A DNA stretch of 14,817 bases from Promethearchaeota archaeon (GTDB lineage: Archaea; Asgardarchaeota; Thorarchaeia; Thorarchaeales; Thorarchaeaceae), in assembly GCA_027031765.1 (NCBI GenBank), contig JALVPN010000086.1, positions 1 through 14,817 on the forward strand, read 5' to 3'. Made by a program: the position numbers and the translations under genes. Shown one piece after another: positions 6,506-14,496 of the stretch. How positions within the stretch are numbered: position 1 is the first letter of the stretch; each line of letters starts with the position of its first letter. The notes beneath the pieces were generated by a model that was not told the origin of the DNA, did no database searches, and was given only the letters and a program-made list of their open reading frames with translations.

Positions 6506-8184
6506 CAGTACTTCCTCTCCTTCACCTCGAACCGTCCCAGGTGCACGTCCGTGTACTGTACCGCAAGTGCCCCGGGTGCGCCTGTCACAAGTGTGTGTTT
6601 CAGGAACTCCTCATCGTTCCTCTGGGGGTAGTCTGTCCGCCAGTGCGCACCACGGCTCTCGCGCCTCATCAGCGCCCCCAGCGTGATTGCCTCGGCCAGC
6701 AGCAGCATGTTCTCCAGTTCCAGGGCCCGGACGAGGGCGTAGTTGAACTCGCGGTCGGTCTCTCCAAGGGAGGCCCTCTGGGCCTGTCCCTGGAGCCCCC
6801 TGACCCTGCCAAGTGCCTCTGTCAGGCCCGTCTCATTGCGGAACACGCCGACGAGCCTGTCCATGACGGGCCCCAGCTCACGTCTGATGTCTGTAGGCCG
6901 GGAACCTGTCTTCCGGAGCAGGAGTCCCTGCAGCCGCTCCCGCTCCCTGAAAGCTGCGTCCTCCACGGCTGTGACATCTGGCTCACCTGTGCTGGCGAGG
7001 TCCTTGGCCACTGTCCTTGCTGTGACCGCGCCGAACACGAGGGTCTCGAGGAGCGAGTTGCCACCGAGCCTGTTCGCACCGTGGACGCTCATGCACGAGG
7101 TCTCGCCGACTGCGTACAGCCCCTTGACTGGCGTCTTGCCGGTCCAGTCACAGTGCACTCCGCCCATCGAGTAGTGTTGCCCCGGCTGTACCGGGATGGG
7201 CTCGTCCACCGGGTCAACGCCACCAAAGTGCATGCAGATCTCCCTTATGCCTGGCAGACGCTCCTTTATCCTCGATGCGCCGAGGTGACGGAGGTCGAGC
7301 CACACGTACTGGCCGTCGACACCGCGTCCACTGTCAATCTCTGTCTGGATGGCCCTGGCAACAATGTCCCGTGGTGCCAGCTCCATCTGGTCTGGTGCGT
7401 ACTCGCCCATGAACCTATGGCCCTCGCTGTTGGTGAGCACACCACCCTCCCCACGCGCCCCCTCTGTGATGAGGATGTTGCTGCCGTACAGGGTCGTCGG
7501 GTGGAACTGTACGAACTCCATGTCCTTGAGTGGGGCGCCCGCCCGGAGGGCCATTGCGCACCCGTCACCAGTGTTGATGAGCGCGTTCGTCGAGCGGCCG
7601 TACACGCGTCCGAAACCGCCCGTTGCCAGGACGACGGCCCTTGAGGCAAGCCCGAGCACGTCGCCACTGGAGAGCTCCAGTGCTACGAGTCCCGTGACCC
7701 GTCCCCCTGAGACCACAAGCGATGTTGCAAACCACTCCTCGTAGACCGTCACGCCGAGCCGCAGGGCCTGCTCATAGACCGTGTGCAGGAGGTTGTGGCC
7801 GGTCCTGTCTGCCGCGTAGCACGTCCTCGGGAACGAGGCACCGCCGAAGGGCCTCTGGGCAATCGTGCCATCATCGTTGCGTGAGAACGCCGTCCCCCAC
7901 CGTTCGCACTCGTACACTGCAGCGGCGGCGTTCTTTGTCAGCACCTCCACGGCGTCCTGGTCGGCCAGGTAGTCGGAGCCCTTGACCGTGTCGAAGGCGT
8001 GCCGTTCCCACGAGTCGTCCTTGCCAAGGGCTGCGTTGATCCCACCCTGTGCAGCCACCGAGTGGGAACGGAGTGGGTGGGTCTTTGTGACTACTGCCAC
8101 GTCACAGTGCTCGGCCAGACCAATGGCGGTCCTCAGACCTGCAAGGCCTGCGCCCACAATAAGCACATCATGCCTGATGGTCAT
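6505..8184 (-). CDS. sdhA: Succinate dehydrogenase/fumarate reductase flavoprotein subunit, 559 aa
   Basis: GAGLAG FAD-binding motif, RSHSVAAQGG (covalent-FAD His), QFHPT, LITEGARGEGG, APRDIVARAI, HYSMGG, HGANRLGGNSL, RRESRGAH. ATG 8184 is preceded by GGGAGTGA. Reaction direction (Sdh vs Frd) cannot be determined from sequence. Confidence 0.95.
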   Translation of the reverse strand: MTIRHDVLIVGAGLAGLRTAIGLAEHCDVAVVTKTHPLRSHSVAAQGGINAALGKDDSWERHAFDTVKGSDYLADQDAVEVLTKNAAAAVYECERWGTAFSRNDDGTIAQRPFGGASFPRTCYAADRTGHNLLHTVYEQALRLGVTVYEEWFATSLVVSGGRVTGLVALELSSGDVLGLASRAVVLATGGFGRVYGRSTNALINTGDGCAMALRAGAPLKDMEFVQFHPTTLYGSNILITEGARGEGGVLTNSEGHRFMGEYAPDQMELAPRDIVARAIQTEIDSGRGVDGQYVWLDLRHLGASRIKERLPGIREICMHFGGVDPVDEPIPVQPGQHYSMGGVHCDWTGKTPVKGLYAVGETSCMSVHGANRLGGNSLLETLVFGAVTARTVAKDLASTGEPDVTAVEDAAFRERERLQGLLLRKTGSRPTDIRRELGPVMDRLVGVFRNETGLTEALGRVRGLQGQAQRASLGETDREFNYALVRALELENMLLLAEAITLGALMRRESRGAHWRTDYPQRNDEEFLKHTLVTGAPGALAVQYTDVHLGRFEVKERKY

Positions 8185-8354
8185 CTGTTCACTCCCAGTG
8201 CGGACACACAAATCTCCCTGTCATGTCCTCCTCCGATTTATCCGTTTGGTTGGCGGCGCGGGTGCTCACGTGAGGGCCCATCTCATCGTACCCGTGTGGT
8301 CTGCTCCCCCTGGCCGGCACCACATGCCACTCGCCCGAGTCCTACACCAGCCGG

Positions 8355-8402
8355 CCACCTGGTCACCTGCTCACCTGGTCACCTGCTCACCTGCTCACCG
8401 GT
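8355..8402. repeat. Intergenic 8-bp tandem array, 6 units
   Basis: ccacctgg tcacctgc tcacctgg tcacctgc tcacctgc tcaccggt (8355-8402). Confidence 0.9.
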
Positions 8403-8416
8403 GCCCTATCAGAGCG

Positions 8417-9166
8417 CTATCCCCGGTCAGCACGCTGTGATGCAGCAATGTCGAGGAGCTCGGTCAGCCGGTCAATCACGGTGACGCCCTCTATCTCTAC
8501 GCCACGCAGGTCAGGCTCGGCCCACGTCGTGAGTACGGGCTGCATCCCGGCCCTCCTTGCTGCGCCGACATCCGCCTCGATGTTGTTGCCGACATATGCG
8601 CACGCCATGGGGTTGCAGCCGAGGTCAGCAGCTGCGAGTATCAGGGTATAGGGGCTGGGCTTTGCGTAGCCCACCACGTTCGTCCAGTACACCGTGTCCA
8701 CGACGTCCCCAATCCCGGTGCGCTGGAGCAGTGGTGTCGGGTCTATCGTCCGGCGTGTGCAGATGGCAAGGTAGAACCCCATGTCACGGAGCCCACGCAG
8801 GACCGGCAGGGCATCATCGCATGCGACCTCGTAGTCCGGCGCTGTTATCTCTGCACGGAATGCCCTCTGGATGCGACGCAGGAGCTCCCGGTCCAGGTCG
8901 GGGTGTCCCAGCTCCGTCATGACGACCCCCATGCACTCGGTCCAGTCATCAGGGTCGTTGCCCCAGTGGATGTCCACATCGTTCGCTTCCTGGAACTCGG
9001 CCACCCACCTGTCGCCCACAGCCACAGCATGCATGAGTTCGCTGTCCTCCCTGTCAGAGAGGTCGATGCCACAGCTCATGGCCGCCCTGCGGATGATGTC
9101 GGGCAGTCGTCGTGTCCAGTGCGTCAGGGTGTTGTGGAGGTCGAAGATGAATGCCTTGATGCGCAT
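8417..9166 (-). CDS. HAD-superfamily hydrolase, 249 aa
   Basis: Motif I FIFDLHNTL, motif II ICT, motif III YAKPSP, motif IV YVGNNIEADVGAA. ATG 9166 is preceded by GGGGGT. Confidence 0.9.
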   Translation of the reverse strand: MRIKAFIFDLHNTLTHWTRRLPDIIRRAAMSCGIDLSDREDSELMHAVAVGDRWVAEFQEANDVDIHWGNDPDDWTECMGVVMTELGHPDLDRELLRRIQRAFRAEITAPDYEVACDDALPVLRGLRDMGFYLAICTRRTIDPTPLLQRTGIGDVVDTVYWTNVVGYAKPSPYTLILAAADLGCNPMACAYVGNNIEADVGAARRAGMQPVLTTWAEPDLRGVEIEGVTVIDRLTELLDIAASQRADRG

Positions 9167-9485
9167 GCCGGTACCCCCTGCGCGGCGTCCTTTTGAACCG
9201 TGCGATATGTGTCCCGTGCACCGCATGACCACTCGTGTGTGTCGCTGTCGACAGCTATCGCTGGTGCTCGGTGGCTGGCCGTTGCACTGTACGTCACTAC
9301 ACCCACGGGACTGTGGTGGAGGGGCCTGCTGGGATGGCCTCTAGGGCGGAGACCGTGGACCGCCCTGCACACAGCGCCGTGCACACCTGCCAGGCGTGGT
9401 CATGTCCGTATTGCAGTGCTGTTGTTGCCGGCGCTGTGCCCCGTCCACGGGTGAGCCGCTGGGTTGGCCGTCATGTGCGAGGTCT

Positions 9486-10862
9486 TCAAGTGTTGGTACC
9501 TGTACTCTGTCCACTGTCCGCTGTACTACCACCCTGTTCTATCACTGTGACTTCTGGCTGGCGTCCCTTGCCCTTGGGCTGGAGCCTTATCACGTACTGG
9601 GCAGCCTCTTCCAGCTCCTGCATGTGCGTGACAATGAGCACCTGCCGTACTTCCCTGAGCGATGCGATGGCCTCCGGCAACCACCGCCGCCGCTCCGAGT
9701 CGAGACCGGCGCCGGGCTCGTCCAGCACGAGCAGGTCTGGTGGTGCCCTCGTGAGGTTGTGGTGTTGTAGGGCCAGGTTGACGGCCACACGCAGCGAGAA
9801 GTTGACACAGACGTCCTCGCCACCGGAGGCGTCTGTCAGTGGCACCTCGTTGCCCCGGAGGTCGTACAGTGTTGCATTGTAGTTGTCGTCCACCCGCAGG
9901 TCGCCGTACCTGTCGCCGAATATGCCACAGAACAATGTGCGTGCGTGCTCCCGGATTGTCGGGCGCAACTGGTACTCCGCGACCTCGGGGATGTGCCGTA
10001 CTATCTCCTCCAGGGTGCTCAGTATCCCACGGTCTTCTTCGAGTGCGCTCAGCCGGCCCTGGACCTTGTCAGAACGGAGTTCTGCCTCCACCTCCTGGAC
10101 GGACTCGAACACCTTCTCCACCACGGCCCGCAGTGGTGTGAGGTCGAGAGTGGTCTGTCCGGCCAGGGTGTCCAGGAGCCCGAGTGCCCTGTCTATCTCA
10201 TCGTGGGTCGGCAGGCGCCTGAGGATGTCCTCCAAGCGCTCCCGAGTTTCTCGTATCCCCGCAATCTCTCTCTCGACACTGCGCCTTTCGCTACGGATTT
10301 TGCTGTCCACACTGTCATAGGCCCGAAGGCCCATCATCGCGTAGAGTGTGTCCCTCCTGTTCTTTGGGGACTGACGGGACAGCCGGTTGATCTCCCCCTG
10401 GCGCACGTATATCAGGGCCGAGAACGCAGCACGGTCCATACCGAGGAGCTGCTGCACCTCCCTTGTGACCTTCTCCGCACCACTGGCCACTGCGGTTCTC
10501 TTTGGGTGGCCCTCAGCTGCTCCCCTGCTGGCCCGTGTCTGGCCCTCTTCAAGGAGGTACAGTTCGGCAGTGGTCCTCCCGGGGTGGAGGGTCCGTACGA
10601 CCCTGTATGTCTTCCCGTTGGCCGGGGCCACAAAGTCCAGTTCCACCCGGCCCCGTTCCTTGCCGAACTTGATGAGCCGCTGCAGCTTGGTGACAGTCTT
10701 CTCCTTACGCGACACGCTCTTGAAGAGCGCGAACTCGATGGCCTCAAGGATTGAGGTCTTTCCCGAGCCGTTGGGGCCCACTATCGCAATGAGCCCGTCC
10801 GGGAACTTGAACTCATATCTGTCGAAGACCTTGAAGTTCTCCACGTACAGCCGCCTTATCAT
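9486..10862 (-). CDS. rad50: Rad50/SbcC-like SMC-family ATPase, unusually short (458 aa), no zinc hook
   Basis: MIRRLYVENFK N-terminus, Walker A GPNGSGKTS, Q-loop YVRQGEI, signature ASGGE, Walker B/D-loop LLVLDEPGAGLD, H-loop IVTH. ATG lies 1 nt after the mre11 stop, behind GGGGAG. Symbol reflects family, not proven orthology. Confidence 0.9.
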   Translation of the reverse strand: MIRRLYVENFKVFDRYEFKFPDGLIAIVGPNGSGKTSILEAIEFALFKSVSRKEKTVTKLQRLIKFGKERGRVELDFVAPANGKTYRVVRTLHPGRTTAELYLLEEGQTRASRGAAEGHPKRTAVASGAEKVTREVQQLLGMDRAAFSALIYVRQGEINRLSRQSPKNRRDTLYAMMGLRAYDSVDSKIRSERRSVEREIAGIRETRERLEDILRRLPTHDEIDRALGLLDTLAGQTTLDLTPLRAVVEKVFESVQEVEAELRSDKVQGRLSALEEDRGILSTLEEIVRHIPEVAEYQLRPTIREHARTLFCGIFGDRYGDLRVDDNYNATLYDLRGNEVPLTDASGGEDVCVNFSLRVAVNLALQHHNLTRAPPDLLVLDEPGAGLDSERRRWLPEAIASLREVRQVLIVTHMQELEEAAQYVIRLQPKGKGRQPEVTVIEQGGSTADSGQSTGTNT

Positions 10863-10863
10863 G

Positions 10864-11952
10864 TCACTCCCCTCCCCCCTCGATGACCCTGCGGAGTCGT
10901 TCCAACAGCTGTTCGGGCTCACCGGTACGGGTCTGCTCAAGGTATTCCCGCACTGAGTGCATGACATCCAGCGGTCTGGTCAGTCGGATGTCCCTGGGCC
11001 CGTAGCACTCCCAGCGCACGTCCAGGTGGACCAGCAGTGCGCCGGTCTTCTCCTCCACCTCCTGTATCACCTCGTTCCGTTTCAGTGACCCCTCGACCTC
11101 CCCGTCTACGGCACCGGTGAGGCGCACGAGTACTATTGCACCATTGGCGTTCTTCTTCCTCTTCATCACCGAGTCGACTACCTCCTGCTTGATCTCCGTT
11201 GCCGAGCGGCCCGTCACATCGAGTTTGACCTGGATGAAGCGGCGGGTGTCTGATATCGGGGGGGTCTCGAACTTGACCTCGTCGCCATCTATCTCGACAA
11301 TGATGACACGCTTCGTCCCGTACAACTCGTTCTCCGGTTTCACAATGCACGTGGAGCCCGGGATGCCCACACAGTTCTCCGTGTCAAGTGCAAACGTATG
11401 TTTGTGCCCGAAGCCGTAGTACTGGAACGTGTCGGGTATCGTGTCGTACTCAACATCCAGGTGGTGCGCGAAGAAGAGGGCCACATCGCTGTTACTCTCC
11501 GTCACTGCATTTCTAAGGTATCTCCGGGCCCTCTGCTGCCTCGTCCACGCTAGGAGGTGGAGCTCAACGTCCTGGTGCTCCACGCTGAGGGACACCCTGC
11601 GGTACTCCTGTCCCTTAGTGCCGACCACCACGTTGCTGGCCTCAAGGCTCCTCAGTGGGCTCTGGTCATACATGAACCCGTAGGGCACGTCGTGGTTCCC
11701 GTCGACCAGTATGGGGATGACTCCCTTCCGCCTGACCCGACGGAACACTCCTATCGCAAACGTGAGGTCCTTGATACTGTTGAGGCCGTTGATGTCGAAC
11801 AGGTCACCCGTGTGCACCAGGATGTGGGGTCTGTACTCCAGGGCGGTGTCCACAGCCCTCTTGAAGGACCGCCTGACGTCCTCGCGCCGTTCCTCCAGCT
11901 GGAACACAGCACAGCCGAGGTGTGAGTCTGAGATGTGGGCTATCCTGATCAT
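10864..11952 (-). CDS. mre11: Mre11/SbcD-family DNA repair metallophosphoesterase nuclease, 362 aa
   Basis: Phosphoesterase motifs DSHLG, GDLFD, GNHD, AHH, GHKH, PGS; capping-domain-like region; C-terminal helix-loop-helix resembling the Rad50-binding domain; directly upstream of the Rad50-like gene. Confidence 0.92.
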   Translation of the reverse strand: MIRIAHISDSHLGCAVFQLEERREDVRRSFKRAVDTALEYRPHILVHTGDLFDINGLNSIKDLTFAIGVFRRVRRKGVIPILVDGNHDVPYGFMYDQSPLRSLEASNVVVGTKGQEYRRVSLSVEHQDVELHLLAWTRQQRARRYLRNAVTESNSDVALFFAHHLDVEYDTIPDTFQYYGFGHKHTFALDTENCVGIPGSTCIVKPENELYGTKRVIIVEIDGDEVKFETPPISDTRRFIQVKLDVTGRSATEIKQEVVDSVMKRKKNANGAIVLVRLTGAVDGEVEGSLKRNEVIQEVEEKTGALLVHLDVRWECYGPRDIRLTRPLDVMHSVREYLEQTRTGEPEQLLERLRRVIEGGGE

Positions 11953-11970
11953 TCCAACCTACCACTCATT

Positions 11971-12014
11971 GGTGTTGCCCATCGTGACAGCAGGCCATCA
12001 TGACGGCCAACACC
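11971..12014 (-). promoter_or_regulatory. 44-nt imperfect hairpin in the predicted mre11 5'-UTR
   Basis: Minus strand: GGTGTTG-G-CCGTC-A-TGA-[TGGCCTGCTG]-TCA-C-GATGG-G-CAACACC. It ends 18 nt before the mre11 ATG. Confidence 0.6.
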
Positions 12015-12040
12015 CCCAGTGCCCTACAACAATGATATGA

Positions 12041-12056
12041 TGATATTAAGGGTTGC
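12041..12056 (-). promoter_or_regulatory. TATA-like promoter of the mre11-rad50 unit
   Basis: Minus strand CAACCCTTAATATCA with TTAATAT at 12049-12043. It is an AT-rich island in GC-rich DNA and implies a TSS near 12021. Confidence 0.55.
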
Positions 12057-12234
12057 GCAGACATGGTCTACCGCACACTCGCCCGTTGCCGCTGGCGGTC
12101 GTCGTCATACCGCATATTGGCCCGGGGGCCGCCTCCCTCGACCAGTGTGCATGCTGCTCACACCGCCCTCCACCGGCGCCCCCGGAGTGCGACGCCTGTA
12201 CCATGCAGTGGCCTGTGGGCGTGGTCTGGCGGTC

Positions 12235-12256
12235 AGAGAAAAGAGAGAAAAGAGAG
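12235..12256 (-). terminator. Pyrimidine/oligo-T terminator candidate of rubrerythrin
   Basis: Minus strand CTCT-CTTTTCTCT-CTTTTCTCT (9-bp unit x2), about 60 nt downstream of the rbr stop. Confidence 0.5.
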
Positions 12257-12315
12257 GGGTGACGGGCCGGCGGCTGCGTGTTGGTGCGCCGCCCCGGCCA
12301 GTCCTCCGTCCACTG

Positions 12316-12900
12316 CTAGAACACTGCACTATGGATCATGAAGTACCCGCGGTCGTGGTCGCATGCCGGACACTTTGCTGGTGGCTCGGTCCCCTCGTGG
12401 ATGTAACCGCAGTTCTGGCACCGCCACAGGATTTTCTTCTCACGCTTGAAGACACGGCCGTTCGCTATGTTGTCGGCCAGTGCTATGTACCGGTCATGGT
12501 GCCACTGTTCGGCCCTGGCAATCGACCTGAGGGCAACTGCAATCTCCATGAAGCCCTCTTCCTCGGCCACCTTGGCGAACTCGGGGTACATCTCCGTGTA
12601 CTCGTACTTCTCCCCGGCGGCTGCCGCCCGGAGGTTCTCCTCGGTCGAGGCCAGTGGCCCCGCAGGGTACGACGCCTGGATCTCAAGCTCGCCGGTGATG
12701 CCACCAGCCCTCAGGAACTTGAACAGGCGCTCTGCGTGCTCCTTCTCCTGGTCGGCGGTCTCCTGGAAGACCTTTGATACCTGGACGTATCCCTCCTTCT
12801 TGGCAACGCTCGCGTAGAACGTGTACCTCATCCTTGCCTGCGACTCGCCTGCAAATGCTGTGAGCAGGTTCTTCGCGGTCTTTGTTCCTTTGAGGTCCAT
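12316..12900 (-). CDS. rbr: Rubrerythrin, 194 aa
   Basis: NLLTAFAGESQARMRY, EKEH and EQWH di-iron ligands, GEKYE; C-terminal rubredoxin-like CQNC...CPAC; GAGGAG upstream. Confidence 0.97.
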   Translation of the reverse strand: MDLKGTKTAKNLLTAFAGESQARMRYTFYASVAKKEGYVQVSKVFQETADQEKEHAERLFKFLRAGGITGELEIQASYPAGPLASTEENLRAAAAGEKYEYTEMYPEFAKVAEEEGFMEIAVALRSIARAEQWHHDRYIALADNIANGRVFKREKKILWRCQNCGYIHEGTEPPAKCPACDHDRGYFMIHSAVF

Positions 12901-13091
12901 CGGTTCTCATCTCCTCTGGTCTTGTCTGTCACCCGCACCATGCGGGCTCAGCACAGTATAGTCTTCCGCCTTATGTGGCTTTGGTTAGACCAAGCTAATG
13001 CCGCCGCCGGGCCCTCACATGGTGCACACGGACCGGCCTGTGCTGTGCATGACGCCAGGGACGTGAGTCCCCCCTCGGACACACGTGGACC

Positions 13092-14276
13092 TCAGCGGAG
13101 CCGTGCGGCAATCTCCCGTGCCAGTTGCCTGCATGCTCCTATCTCTTCGTCCGTGAGGCGGCCGTGCACCCTTACGACAGGCTCGAGTATCTCGTAGCGC
13201 GCGTCCTCAAGCTGTTTCCTGAGCTTCTTGACGCCGCCACCGCCCCAGCCATAGGTGCCGAACAGTCCTATGGGCCTCTTCGGGAACCGCTTGCCCACAA
13301 TCTCGTTGGCGAAGGCCCAGACCTTTGGGAACGGGAACGCGTCGTATGTCGGTGTGCCCAGTACCAGGACGCCCGCCCTCACGGCATCGGTTATGACATG
13401 GCTCGGCTCGCTGTACGAGAGGTTGTGGGCCGTCACGCTGACACCGAGGGCCTCGAGTTCGCGCTTCAGCAACATGGCAGTCCTCTGGGTGAAACCGTAC
13501 ATCGAGCCGTATGCAATGACCACCCTCTTCTCAAGTTCCGGGCTGCTCCACTCCAGGTACTTCTTCACTATCCACATCGGGTCTTTCCTGTACACGGGCC
13601 CGTGGCTCGGTGCAATGACCCTGATGTCAATGCCAAGGTCCTGCACCTTCTTGATGCCCCTCTGTACGAACTTCAGGTAGCTCGTGATGATCGCTGACAC
13701 GTAGCGCCGGCTCTCTGCCTCCACCCTCTCCAGGTCGGCCTCGTCGTCGAACAGCCGGCCGTTCAGGGCCCCGAAGGCACCGAAGGCGTCGCACGTGAAG
13801 AGCACCCCGTCCTCGACCAGGTACGTGAACATGGTCTCCGGCCAGTGCAGGAACTGCGCATGGATGAACCTCAGGGTCTTCGACCCCAGCGAGATCTCCT
13901 CAAGGTCGTCCACAGTGCGCTCCTTCAGGCCCACATCATAGAACGCCCTCTGCATCGGTGCTGCTCGCGGCGTGTAGACAAGCGTCGCGTCCCGTGCAAT
14001 CTCTGCAATCCTGGGCAGGGCGCCGGTGTGGTCTGGCTCCATGTGGTTGAGGACGATATAGTCAATCTCCGCAGGGTCCACGACCTCGCGTATATTGTCC
14101 AACCACTCGTCATCCCACGCCCCTTTGACACACTCGACCAGCGCGACCTTCTCGTCCACTACCAGGTAGCTGTTGTACGACACGCCGAAGGGCAGTTCCC
14201 ACAGTCCCTCGAACAGGTGTGTGTGGTGGTCGTCCACTCCGACATAGTACACTCCTGGGGCTATCTCACGGTGCAT
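13092..14276 (-). CDS. fprA: Flavodiiron protein (FprA/type-A flavoprotein; O2/NO reductase family), 394 aa
   Basis: GVSYNSYLV, NHMEPDH, HWPE, TCDAFG and PSHG metallo-beta-lactamase-fold ligands; flavodoxin YGSMYGFT and FGTYGWGGG. ATG 14276 is preceded by GGTGA. Confidence 0.96.
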   Translation of the reverse strand: MHREIAPGVYYVGVDDHHTHLFEGLWELPFGVSYNSYLVVDEKVALVECVKGAWDDEWLDNIREVVDPAEIDYIVLNHMEPDHTGALPRIAEIARDATLVYTPRAAPMQRAFYDVGLKERTVDDLEEISLGSKTLRFIHAQFLHWPETMFTYLVEDGVLFTCDAFGAFGALNGRLFDDEADLERVEAESRRYVSAIITSYLKFVQRGIKKVQDLGIDIRVIAPSHGPVYRKDPMWIVKKYLEWSSPELEKRVVIAYGSMYGFTQRTAMLLKRELEALGVSVTAHNLSYSEPSHVITDAVRAGVLVLGTPTYDAFPFPKVWAFANEIVGKRFPKRPIGLFGTYGWGGGGVKKLRKQLEDARYEILEPVVRVHGRLTDEEIGACRQLAREIAARLR

Positions 14277-14310
14277 ACTCTCTCTCACCTGTCGCACCAG
14301 TCACTCCCCA

Positions 14311-14325
14311 TTGATAAAAGCACTT
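14311..14325 (-). promoter_or_regulatory. TATA-like promoter of fprA
   Basis: Minus strand AAGTGCTTTTATCAA, about 35-45 nt upstream of the fprA ATG. Confidence 0.5.
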
Positions 14326-14496
14326 AGATACGGCCGGTGGGCCATGAGGTGAGACCTGGCACGGCCCCGTCATCACAGAGTCATCTGGGAGTAGCAGGCA
14401 TGTCCGTGTACACCCCCACATCCTCCTAGGTCACGGCGACGCAGCCCGCCGCCTGACCGCTATGGGCCTCCACCTGACCCCTGCGCGGGCACGGCA

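Noticed and set aside
5753-8184. Assignment as methanogen thiol:fumarate reductase TfrAB
   Set aside because: The Fe-S subunit lacks the CCG-domain extension characteristic of TfrB.
9140-9142. HAD motif I DxH instead of DxD as a sign of novel chemistry or inactivation
   Set aside because: The nucleophilic first Asp and motifs II-IV are intact, and variation at the second position is common in HAD subfamilies.
11971-12014. SECIS-like reading of the mre11 leader hairpin (ATGA...GA)
   Set aside because: The stem above the putative G.A quartet is only ~4 bp, there are no apical adenosines, and no neighbouring gene has an in-frame UGA.
12037-12043. Box C motif ATGATGA (possible C/D sRNA)
   Set aside because: No CTGA D/D' boxes at suitable distances downstream; the AT-rich patch is better explained as the minus-strand TATA region.
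13504-13514. GAGCCGTATGC resembling the start of group II intron domain V
   Set aside because: The complementary 3' half is missing and it lies antisense within an intact fprA.
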